A stretch of 32,000 bases of DNA from Acaryochloris marina MBIC11017 (GCF_000018105.1 NC_009927.1:30001-62000), one strand, 5' to 3'; positions 18,397-25,531 are shown, counted from the stretch's first letter. Made by a program: numbers and translations. The notes: generated by a model from the sequence alone, not told the origin.

Positions 18397-19860
18397 GTGA
18401 TGAATATCAAACGCTGGTGGTGGATTTCTTCTGGAACCTCAATCCTTTTTATTGCCCTCATTGGGTTGATGTGGTTTCGGATTGATAGTTCTTATCAGCC
18501 TAATCTAGAGCAGCTTGCCAATGAAGCAGATATCATTCCTCACCTCAAAAGACGGGGTATATCCCTAAATAAATCTGAGGCGATTCCAACAGGTGTCTTT
18601 CTGCAATCTCTCAAGTTCAACAATGCTACTGAAGTCAATGTTACGGGCTACATTTGGCAGATATATGATAAGTCAATCTTTGCCAAGGTCCCCAAAGACC
18701 AAGATGTGCCAGTGGGATTCATCTTGCCAGAAGCAGTGGATTCGGGTAACAACCTGGATCCACAACAAGCCTACCGACGCTCTATTAGTGATACAGAAGA
18801 AGTGATTGGTTGGTATTTTGAATCAACTCTCAAGCAGCGTTTCAATTATAAGAAGTACCCGTTAGATCACAAAACAGTTTGGATTCGTATTTGGGGGAAA
18901 GACTTTGCCCGGAGTAATATGTTGGTCCCTGATCTGAATGCGTATAAGTCCACTCAAGCTGGGGATACATTCGGGCTCGATGACAGTATTGTCTTAGGTG
19001 AGTGGGAAGTCGAAGAAACGTTTTTTGACTTCAAAACACCACAGTATGACATGGATTTTGGCTTAGAAACACCACTACCCCAAACCCCAGAGCTATATTT
19101 TAATGTTGTGCTTAAACGAGAGTTTTTGGGAGCCTTCATTGTCAACCTAGTACCCCTTCTAATTTCAGCCATCTTGCTGTTTGCGACACTACTCACCATT
19201 ACGGTTAAAGAAGGCCAAGCCGATATTTTTGGCTTTAGTACGTCAGAAGTCCTCGGAGTTTGTTCCGCCCTCTTCTTCGTAGTTTTGTTATCCCATATCC
19301 AGATTCGACAGGAGATCCCAGGATCTGACATCATTTATATTGAATACTTCTACTTGGCTATGTATGTTGCCCTTTTGGGTGTAGCGGTAGATTCCTACTT
19401 GTTTACTCATGACAGCTATTCAAGCCAGTTTAAGTTTATTTCCTACGAAGACAACATCTTCCCTAAGCTGATCTTTTGGCCAACGCTACTGGGAACTTCA
19501 GCGTTCTATTCATTTCTGATTCTGAAACCATTTCAGCCTTATAAATCAAATTTCCTTCAACCCCAAACAACCCATATTCTGCTTCCTTCAGATCGGCCTT
19601 TAGTACAACGAGAGATTTTTAACACACCTCCATTGGAGTTCGCTCATACTGTGCGCAAGAGTCTGCCTGTTACCACTCTTGTAAATCCGCCTAATGGGCA
19701 AAGCTATCACCAATTTTCCTCAACTTCTCGTACAGAGCAATCCCATCTAACTTTCCTTGCTCAATCCTCCAGCCTACAAGTGACAGATCTGGGAGCGTCG
19801 AGGCACCGGATACCTGGAGGGGCAAGACCATCTGGGTGGCGCTCACGGTCCTACTCCTAG
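18397..19860 (+). CDS. Pentameric ligand-gated ion channel (Cys-loop receptor)-like membrane protein with an extra N-terminal TM and a long C-terminal tail
   Basis: The extracellular-domain-like region has VFLQSLKFNNATEVNVTGYIWQIYD and a YPLDHKTVWIRI loop. A pre-M1 FNVVLKREFLGAF is followed by four hydrophobic helices, with an IPGSDIIYIEYFYL M2-M3 pattern comparable to GLIC. The start is GTG 18397 or ATG 18400. Confidence 0.65.
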   Translation: MMNIKRWWWISSGTSILFIALIGLMWFRIDSSYQPNLEQLANEADIIPHLKRRGISLNKSEAIPTGVFLQSLKFNNATEVNVTGYIWQIYDKSIFAKVPKDQDVPVGFILPEAVDSGNNLDPQQAYRRSISDTEEVIGWYFESTLKQRFNYKKYPLDHKTVWIRIWGKDFARSNMLVPDLNAYKSTQAGDTFGLDDSIVLGEWEVEETFFDFKTPQYDMDFGLETPLPQTPELYFNVVLKREFLGAFIVNLVPLLISAILLFATLLTITVKEGQADIFGFSTSEVLGVCSALFFVVLLSHIQIRQEIPGSDIIYIEYFYLAMYVALLGVAVDSYLFTHDSYSSQFKFISYEDNIFPKLIFWPTLLGTSAFYSFLILKPFQPYKSNFLQPQTTHILLPSDRPLVQREIFNTPPLEFAHTVRKSLPVTTLVNPPNGQSYHQFSSTSRTEQSHLTFLAQSSSLQVTDLGASRHRIPGGARPSGWRSRSYS

Positions 19861-20072
19861 CAGCACAACCAGAGGCGCACAGCAGGGCGTAAATCCCTGA
19901 TTTTCACAGAGGTAAAGTCTTTACTCCACTTCCCGGATTTGTCCTTGGAAATCATCAGAACATGTTTCCTGGAGACTGTTGAAAACACCTTGAGACGGGT
20001 GCCGTTTTGTCTTCTGAGTGTTCCGAGGAAGTACACCAGGTGATGCTGAGGCGAATACACTAAATTGCGCAT
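19691..20072 (-). pseudogene. Possible IS200/IS605-type TnpA relic, frameshifted
   Basis: VYSPQHHLVYFLGTLRRQ resembles the N-terminal beta-strand (xYHxVxxTKYRR). In a second frame, HPD.. / VLPLQVSGASTLPDLSLVG... and LYEKLRKIGDSF resemble the HUH-downstream and C-terminal regions. This is recollection-based only. Confidence 0.3.
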
Positions 20073-20242
20073 GGAAACTGTCTCCTATTTCTATTCATAA
20101 GCAAACAGAAGGATGACGATTTCACCCTCCTGTTGAAGTCTTAATCTTGTTGTGGCGGCTATCGCTTTGCTATCAGGGGAGCCGAATGTAGCTGTGGGCA
20201 GACTTGGTAAATTTCACTTAGCGGAAACTGATGCGTTGTAGT

Positions 20243-20271
20243 AGGGCAACTTTCTTGCCGTGGGTTGCCCT
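20243..20271. repeat. 8-bp stem hairpin AGGGCAAC-N13-GTTGCCCT
   Basis: The arms are exact complements. It lies upstream of the putative TnpA relic, where an IS200/IS605 subterminal hairpin would sit. Confidence 0.3.
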
Positions 20272-20301
20272 TGATATTCGAGGTGTAGATGAGTCTAGTA
20301 T

Positions 20302-20766
20302 TTATATCGGTGTAGTTATCCACTCACGACAATCAGGGCAATAACTTTGGTCGATTCCAGGAATGATTAGAGCTTGGCAGTTAGGACATTTCAGACCCAG
20401 ATCAGCGGAAATATCGCGGCCACCATAGCAATCGGGTCGATGCTTGCGAACCACCTTCATAGCCAAGTTTCGGTGACAGAATTCACCCGCCTTTTCCCAG
20501 CACAATAGGGTGCAATCTCCCTCTGGGGTTAGGGAAGCTAACCAAGAATTCACCTGGGGCCATGCCTGCTGGAGTTCCTGACGATATCGGTCGATATATC
20601 CTGCCTCAGTGAGCTGTTGATGCTTCCAATCATCAAGCAGAGTTTGGGACGGAGCCAAAAAGGGTAACTTGGTATCAACTTGGAAGGATCGGGGATGCGA
20701 TCGCGAAATAGACACCAGCAAACCGTGATGGTTCTGAGGCTCGAAGTAGGATGCAGAGTAAAGCAT
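20302..20766 (-). CDS. DUF488-like protein fused to a C-terminal zinc ribbon
   Basis: MLYSASYFEP...LVSISRSHP...LAPSQTLLDDWK...TLLCWEKAGEFCHRNLA resembles DUF488 from memory. The C-terminus has CPNC-x17-CPDC. The start overlaps the upstream stop (TGATG). Confidence 0.65.
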   Translation of the reverse strand: MLYSASYFEPQNHHGLLVSISRSHPRSFQVDTKLPFLAPSQTLLDDWKHQQLTEAGYIDRYRQELQQAWPQVNSWLASLTPEGDCTLLCWEKAGEFCHRNLAMKVVRKHRPDCYGGRDISADLGLKCPNCQALIIPGIDQSYCPDCREWITTPI

Positions 20767-21143
20767 CAGAACACGGCTTTAGATCTATTCTCGATTGCAG
20801 CCTGAAGGCATTCTTCCAAATCATCCCCAGTCCAACCGACATTTTGCAATTGACTGATCTGGGTCTTGCGATATCGACTTTGCAAGGTGTTCATTGTCGG
20901 CAACTTCTTCAGTAGTTCTTGACTGGGTTGGATACCCAGATTACGAGCGCGTTTTTGGCAGAACCACTTGAATTGCGTTTGATGGTGATTGCCAGTGGGC
21001 ATGGCTGAGATCGCAAGGCGGTATTGCTTACAACCCCAGCAGTGCGTCATAAGCGGAGTCTTAAGGACATAAGCCCCTGCTTTCTTCTGCACATTCCAAT
21101 CCCTAAGCTTGATCCGAGTCGGAATTTTGGTTTCAGTTTGCAT
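20766..21143 (-). CDS. Hypothetical protein, Cys/His-containing and basic
   Basis: ORF of about 125 aa from the ATG at 21143 (MQTETKIPTRIKLRDW...HCWGCKQ...). It is translationally coupled to the DUF488-like gene. Confidence 0.6.
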   Translation of the reverse strand: MQTETKIPTRIKLRDWNVQKKAGAYVLKTPLMTHCWGCKQYRLAISAMPTGNHHQTQFKWFCQKRARNLGIQPSQELLKKLPTMNTLQSRYRKTQISQLQNVGWTGDDLEECLQAAIENRSKAVF

Positions 21144-21323
21144 GATAGATTTCTCCCTAGGAAACAGAAGCAATTAATTGCTTCAACTGAAGGTGAGTCT
21201 TTTAACAGGGAATCGCCTTTTTATTGGTCTATTGGTTCGACAGCAAAAGATTTGTGAACATCAAATAAATTATTTTGCCGTCGTGGTAAATTCTGATGCG
21301 ATTGTGAACAGCAATCTCTTTAG

Positions 21324-21355
21324 GGGCGACACACTACACTCCTGGTCGCCCTTTT
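21324..21355 (+). terminator. Plus-sense terminator-like hairpin GGGCGAC-N14-GTCGCCC followed by TTTT, inside a minus-strand operon gap
   Basis: 7-bp GC-rich stem followed by TTTT on the plus strand only. Confidence 0.3.
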
Positions 21356-21376
21356 CCATATCTATGATGAGGGTCG

Positions 21377-21910
21377 TTAACCATTTATCCCAGCTACATT
21401 AGCCATAGCTCTTTGGGCAATCGACTTCCAATTTGTTTGGTCATCCCAGCGATAGTAAACCTTCTCAGAACCCAACCACACAGAACAAAACAACACCTTC
21501 TCCTCTTGATCAGATGGAGTGGCTTCAACGATGATGGGTTGTCGGAGTTGCTCTGGTGTAAGCATTGCGATCTCACTCAGGAATCCCTTAGCAAACACTG
21601 ACCGATAACCTGCCTCCAGGGTATACAACCGATCAGCCTGAATTTTAAATCGAAGCTTATGACTTTTTTCGCCTCTGTATTCCTTTGGAGGGAATTCTAT
21701 ACGCACCAAGTACCCCGTTAGAGCTGGGTATTCCAGTTCTTGTGGCTGGGTATTAACGTCGAGGGTATACCAAGTTTTGGTATTGGCCCGGTTACAGAAA
21801 ATTGCCAATCCACTGGGGCTTTGGCCTAAGCCGAGAGGTCGGTTGAATGAAGGCTGAGAAAGTCTTTGAGACTCAGAAGTTAGTGTAGGTGGTGGTACTG
21901 AAACGGTCAT
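21377..21910 (-). CDS. Hypothetical protein, first gene of the minus-strand operon
   Basis: 177-aa ORF. The N-terminal 40 aa or so are P/S/T-rich and probably disordered, and the rest looks beta-rich (LTGYLVRIEFPPKEYRGEKSHKLRFKIQADRLYTLEAGY). Confidence 0.65.
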   Translation of the reverse strand: MTVSVPPPTLTSESQRLSQPSFNRPLGLGQSPSGLAIFCNRANTKTWYTLDVNTQPQELEYPALTGYLVRIEFPPKEYRGEKSHKLRFKIQADRLYTLEAGYRSVFAKGFLSEIAMLTPEQLRQPIIVEATPSDQEEKVLFCSVWLGSEKVYYRWDDQTNWKSIAQRAMANVAGING

Positions 21911-21962
21911 ATGATTTTCTCCAGATACGCGAAACCCCCAGCGAATAAGCCAGGGGAATTAG

Positions 21963-22025
21963 TAGGTGTGAAATGAATTAATAGGTGTGAAGTAAGGGAA
22001 ATGATTTGAGCTAGTTTGTAGGTGG
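21963..22025. repeat. Iteron-like direct repeats: TAGGTGTGAA twice (21963, 21982) and TAGGTGG (22019)
   Basis: Two exact 10-mers lie 19 bp apart, with a third partial copy 37 bp further on. They start about 50 bp upstream of the 21910 start codon. Confidence 0.4.
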
Positions 22026-22062
22026 ATGCGATTGCAAATGAACCGCCAGTGTTCGCATCCAC
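22022..22062. repeat. 10-bp inverted repeat GTGGATGCGA-N21-TCGCATCCAC
   Basis: The arms are exact complements. GATTGCAA also recurs at 22030 and 22072. Confidence 0.4.
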
Positions 22063-22388
22063 TGAGACCAGGATTGCAATACCTTACTCCAGTAAACTAA
22101 CCGCACCCTCATCGCAGCCACGTACTCCCTGATGACCGACCCAAGGTTTTCCTGGGTTTGGGCCTGATGCAAATCAATCACCTAGAACGTGCGGCCATTC
22201 CAGGTCAGGATTTGAGCAACGTGGATTTTCATGGAATTGCCTCCGGGCATCATGAAAAAGGCCCCTTGGTGGGGGATACCAGGGGGCTGAATAATAAAGA
22301 TAAGAAATCAAAGAGAAGGTTTTGGGGAAGGGGGTACTTTTAATTGGGTTGCAAGGCTTGGAGATATCCCTCCAATGATTTAAAAGGG

Positions 22389-22418
22389 AAAACCCCGGAC
22401 AGGAGATGCCGGGGTTTT
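22389..22418. terminator. Bidirectional intrinsic-terminator-like hairpin AAAACCCCGG-N10-CCGGGGTTTT
   Basis: A GC-rich stem is flanked by an A-run and a T-run. It lies about 195 bp downstream of the minus-strand gene ending at 22613. Confidence 0.55.
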
Positions 22419-22612
22419 AGAGAGTAACCGAAGATCGAGTGACAAACCCAATCGGTGAGAGAAGAAACTCAAAGATGAAGTATTGAGGCTTAAATACTAG
22501 ATAATGCTAATTATTGTTAGGTTTTAGACTACATTTATAGACCTAATCAAGTTGTAAATTTGGGTACATATTAATCAAGGTCTTAACCAATCGGGGAAAA
22601 GAAAAGCTGGTA

Positions 22613-22852
22613 TCAAGCCGTGGGAGCAGCAAACCCTATCTTGGTCCGATCCAGGATGGCCTGGACTGCTCTGATACCAAGGGGATTATCAAGTCTGAGA
22701 CTGGGATTTTGAGAATTCGGGTCAAGAATCCAGGCGATACCCTTAAAGCGTCTGCCACACTCCACAGCAGCATCAACCCTGATTTGGTCCTCAACCCAGA
22801 CAAAGGCATAAGTGATTTCAGGAGGCATGGGTCCAGCTTCAGAAAAGGACAT
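22613..22852 (-). CDS. Hypothetical small protein (79 aa from ATG 22852)
   Basis: MSFSEAGPMPPEITYAFVWVEDQIRVDAAVECGRRFKGIAWILDPN... The longer 122-aa reading would overlap the upstream small gene. Confidence 0.4.
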   Translation of the reverse strand: MSFSEAGPMPPEITYAFVWVEDQIRVDAAVECGRRFKGIAWILDPNSQNPSLRLDNPLGIRAVQAILDRTKIGFAAPTA

Positions 22853-22904
22853 GGCAAAACACCCCGGCAGAAAGAGCCAGGGCGCGGAATAAGAACGGAG
22901 TGAG

Positions 22905-23087
22905 CTAGTTATCCTCTGGATGGGTATCTGGTACGCAATCCTTAGAATCTCCAGAATCAATAGTGTCGTGAGAATAGCCATCCTGGAAAAAGGCTAGAAT
23001 CCAGTTACCGGAAACAGCCTTATTGCGTTCAGACATCTCAGCATCAGTCCAGGGTTGCCAAGCATGGGTCAGTGGATCGTTTAACAT
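22905..23087 (-). CDS. Hypothetical small acidic protein (60 aa)
   Basis: ATG preceded by GAGG 9 nt upstream. It is the first gene after the divergent promoter region. Confidence 0.45.
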   Translation of the reverse strand: MLNDPLTHAWQPWTDAEMSERNKAVSGNWILAFFQDGYSHDTIDSGDSKDCVPDTHPEDN

Positions 23088-23116
23088 TTGAAGTACCTCA
23101 TCTAAGTGAGCGTGTT

Positions 23117-23160
23117 AGAGCCGCTGAAGTCTCCTGCCAAGAAGGTCAGCGGCTCTTTTC
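23117..23160 (+). terminator. Plus-sense hairpin AGAGCCGCTGA-N18-TCAGCGGCTCT followed by TTTC
   Basis: An exact 11-bp stem with T-rich sequence downstream on the plus strand. There is no plus-strand ORF upstream of it. Confidence 0.4.
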
Positions 23161-23298
23161 GATGAAAAGTTTTTGATTTTGTCTCTAGTTTTTAGCCTTG
23201 GTGGGCATCGGATTACTCCGCTGTCTGCGGAATTCAGCAGGGTAACCAGCACTAAGTAGAACTCACTTATTTAGTTGTCTCATTTCGATTACTCTTAT

Positions 23299-23318
23299 TG
23301 TATACTAACTCGTATACA
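23299..23318. promoter_or_regulatory. Palindrome TGTATAC-N6-GTATACA upstream of the HTH gene
   Basis: The 7-bp arms are exact. It lies 45 bp upstream of the ATG at 23364 and may overlap a -10 element. Confidence 0.35.
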
Positions 23319-23363
23319 TTCACAAGTAATTGCTCCCTAAATTTTTTGTGATAACTTGAGGGC

Positions 23364-23780
23364 ATGAACAAAGACATGCCACTCGATAACCTAGGCCAAA
23401 TGTCTGTTAACGACCTGAGTGAATGCGTAGAAGCTGGTTTAAATGCAGGGGCCTACGCAATTGCTCAAGCTGGCCTAGCCCTGAGAGAGATCCAACGCCG
23501 TGGAGAATATCCAACCACTTTTGAAGCGTTCGTAAAAGATAAATTTGCCCTAACTCGCGCTAGGGCCTATCAACTGATGTATGCCGCTGACATTATTGCT
23601 GACTTAGCTAGTGTCTTTGAGTCCAATAAATTACCTCGCTCTGAGTCCGCTGTTCGTCCCATGATTGGTCTGACTAAACAACAGCGAATTGAGGTATGGC
23701 GACGTGCCCTTAAAGGTAAACAAAGATCTCCTGGCTATGGAACGGTAAAAGCGATTGTTGAGCAGATGCAAGCCTCATAA
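23364..23780 (+). CDS. Small helix-turn-helix-like protein (plasmid/phage ParB-HTH-like segment)
   Basis: TFEAFVKDKFALTRARAYQLMYAADI resembles the xFxxYCxxxxGxSRSxAYxLIxAA motif of plasmid and phage DNA-binding proteins. This is recollection only. Confidence 0.55.
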   Translation: MNKDMPLDNLGQMSVNDLSECVEAGLNAGAYAIAQAGLALREIQRRGEYPTTFEAFVKDKFALTRARAYQLMYAADIIADLASVFESNKLPRSESAVRPMIGLTKQQRIEVWRRALKGKQRSPGYGTVKAIVEQMQAS

Positions 23781-23864
23781 ATAGCTCAAAGACAACGGCT
23801 TTCTTGAGCGACTTGAAATGAGCACTCGATAGTATGTTGCTTGTCCCGCTGTATGGTCTTTACC

Positions 23865-24932
23865 ATGCCTAATCAAACGTCTCTCTTCTCAGAGAGCAAC
23901 TATGCCGATTTCCTTGATGGGCTAAAACAGCGTATCCGCACTGCTCAGGTCCAAGCACACTTGGCAGTCAACCAAGAGCTGGTATTGCTCTACTGGCAGA
24001 TTGGACGAGAAATTCTCCAGCGTCAAAAGTTAGAGGGCTGGGGTAGCAAAGTCGTCGAACGGTTGGCCAAAGACTTAAAACGAGAGTTCCCAGACATGAG
24101 AGGGTTCTCCCGCTCAAATCTCATGTATATGCGAGCCGAGGCATGGCCTGAAGAACAAATTGTCCAAGAGGTGCTTGGACAATTTCCCTGGTACCACAAC
24201 ATAGCTTTGCTAGAAAAGCTCAAATCTAGAGAGCAACGGCTTTGGTATACCCATGAAATTGTAAATAACGGCTGGAGTCGCAATGTATTGGTGCATCAAA
24301 TTGAGAGCAACTTATATGAGCGCAAAGGGAGTGCTATCTCAAACTTCGAACGCACTCTTCCCCATCCTCAATCTGACTTGGCACAGCAAATCATCAAAAG
24401 TCCCTATAACTTCGACTTTCTCACCATCAGTAATGATGCTCATGAGCGAGAACTTGAACGAAGTCTCATAGTCCATATTCGTGACTTCCACATGGAGTTA
24501 GGGCTAGGTTTTTCTTTTATGGGAAGTCAATATCCTCTGGTAGTCAGCAATAAAGAGTATCGGCTTGACCTCCTCTTCTACCATGTTCATCTCCACTGCT
24601 ATGTGATCATTGACCTCAAGATGGGGGAATTCATTCCTGAGTACCCTGGGAAGATGGGATTCTATATTGCTGCCGTGGATAATATGCTTCGCTCTGATCG
24701 CGATGACCCCACCATCGGCATCATCCTTTGTAAATCAAAAGAGAAAACTATTGTTGAATTTGCCCTTCAAGGAAATCAGCAACCAATTGGCGTCTCAACT
24801 TACCAGATTCAGTCACAGCTTCCAGAAAATTTTCAAGACAAACTACCTACGATAGAACAGCTAGAAATGGAAATAAGCAGTGTTGTTGAGGACATTGAAG
24901 ACAATGACAATAGCACTAGGCCAAACAGCTAA
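23865..24932 (+). CDS. DUF1016/YhcG-type PD-(D/E)XK nuclease-domain protein
   Basis: YADFLDGLKQRIRTAQVQAHLAVNQELVLLYWQIGREIL...WGSKVVERLAKDLKREFPDMRGFSRSNLMYMR is the family N-terminal domain. The C-terminal part has a D...DLK-type nuclease core (RLDLLFYHVHLHCYVIIDLK). The start could also be 23853. Confidence 0.85.
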   Translation: MPNQTSLFSESNYADFLDGLKQRIRTAQVQAHLAVNQELVLLYWQIGREILQRQKLEGWGSKVVERLAKDLKREFPDMRGFSRSNLMYMRAEAWPEEQIVQEVLGQFPWYHNIALLEKLKSREQRLWYTHEIVNNGWSRNVLVHQIESNLYERKGSAISNFERTLPHPQSDLAQQIIKSPYNFDFLTISNDAHERELERSLIVHIRDFHMELGLGFSFMGSQYPLVVSNKEYRLDLLFYHVHLHCYVIIDLKMGEFIPEYPGKMGFYIAAVDNMLRSDRDDPTIGIILCKSKEKTIVEFALQGNQQPIGVSTYQIQSQLPENFQDKLPTIEQLEMEISSVVEDIEDNDNSTRPNS

Positions 24933-25065
24933 ACATTCCCGATTCGAACAATGCCTAGGGTAGGCGATGGGCTAGAGTCAGCTAGTGTTTGATGACTCAT
25001 GATTCCCTTTATCAGGGTGATAGAGTTGCAAATAAAGCCAACTTTTGCGCTATTGCTACATCTCT

Positions 25066-25100
25066 ACTGGCAAACATTTACATTATGCTGCCAGTTTTTT
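25066..25100 (+). terminator. Intrinsic terminator ACTGGCA-N16-TGCCAGT followed by T-run
   Basis: A 7-bp stem followed by a T-run (25095-25100, first T shared with the stem), 135 nt after the DUF1016 stop. Confidence 0.6.
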
Positions 25101-25379
25101 CTAGTTTCTCCTAGTGGTAGCCATATCAACTTTTTTTCTCATCCGCCACTCAAACGCTTGCCCTAGCTGCTCAAGGTCGAGTAATCCATATTGCCAAAGG
25201 ATGATGTGGATCCGACCTTTTGAGGGTCTAGATGACGCAAGGCTAAATCTATTGCTGCACCAGAAATGGTTAATTCATCTTGTATCTCTGGATTTCCGTA
25301 AACTTTCGGATACAGGATACATAAGAGATTATTTACTATGGGGAAATAAATAGATAAATATATATGGTAATAAGTAACT

Positions 25380-25496
25380 ATGTCACAGTTAGAGACAGAC
25401 AATCTTCCTATAGATGAAACTGATATCTTGCCTGAAATTGACGAGCTAGATGATGTAGACCTTGATGATATGCTGAAAGATTTACAACAAGACTGA
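25380..25496 (+). CDS. Possible 38-aa highly acidic micro-protein
   Basis: MSQLETDNLPIDETDILPEIDELDDVDLDDMLKDLQQD*. It is too short for the ORF track, is co-directional with the downstream genes, and has no clear RBS. Confidence 0.25.
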   Translation: MSQLETDNLPIDETDILPEIDELDDVDLDDMLKDLQQD

Positions 25497-25531
25497 GGCT
25501 TGGAAATATTAATCGACAAGATTAACCATAC

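Noticed and set aside
18593-19334. ORFs 18593..18805(+) and 18954..19334(-) inside the channel-like gene
   Set aside because: These are shadow frames. The main frame has coherent domain and TM architecture.
20316-20323. DnaA-box-like TTATCCAC
   Set aside because: It is a single copy inside the 3' end of a coding sequence. No cluster exists, so it is not evidence for an origin.
22158-22343. 61-aa ORF (TTG start) in the large intergenic region
   Set aside because: It has no RBS, a non-ATG start and an odd composition ending in KKSKRRFWGRGYF. I did not call it as a gene, but its position 46 nt before a terminator is noted in the findings as a possible sRNA or micro-gene.
25114-25519. ORFs 25114..25353(+) and 25163..25519(-). 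The minus strand reads in two frames like a decayed small protein (...IVNNLLCILYPKVYGNPEIQDELTISGAAIDLALRHL / RIHIILWQYGLLDLEQLGQAFEW...), faintly PIN/VapC-N-terminus-like.
   Set aside because: The resemblance is weak and from memory. The N-terminal part of the minus ORF is a Ser-rich antisense reading of the acidic micro-ORF. No partner antitoxin is visible, so the evidence is too thin to annotate.
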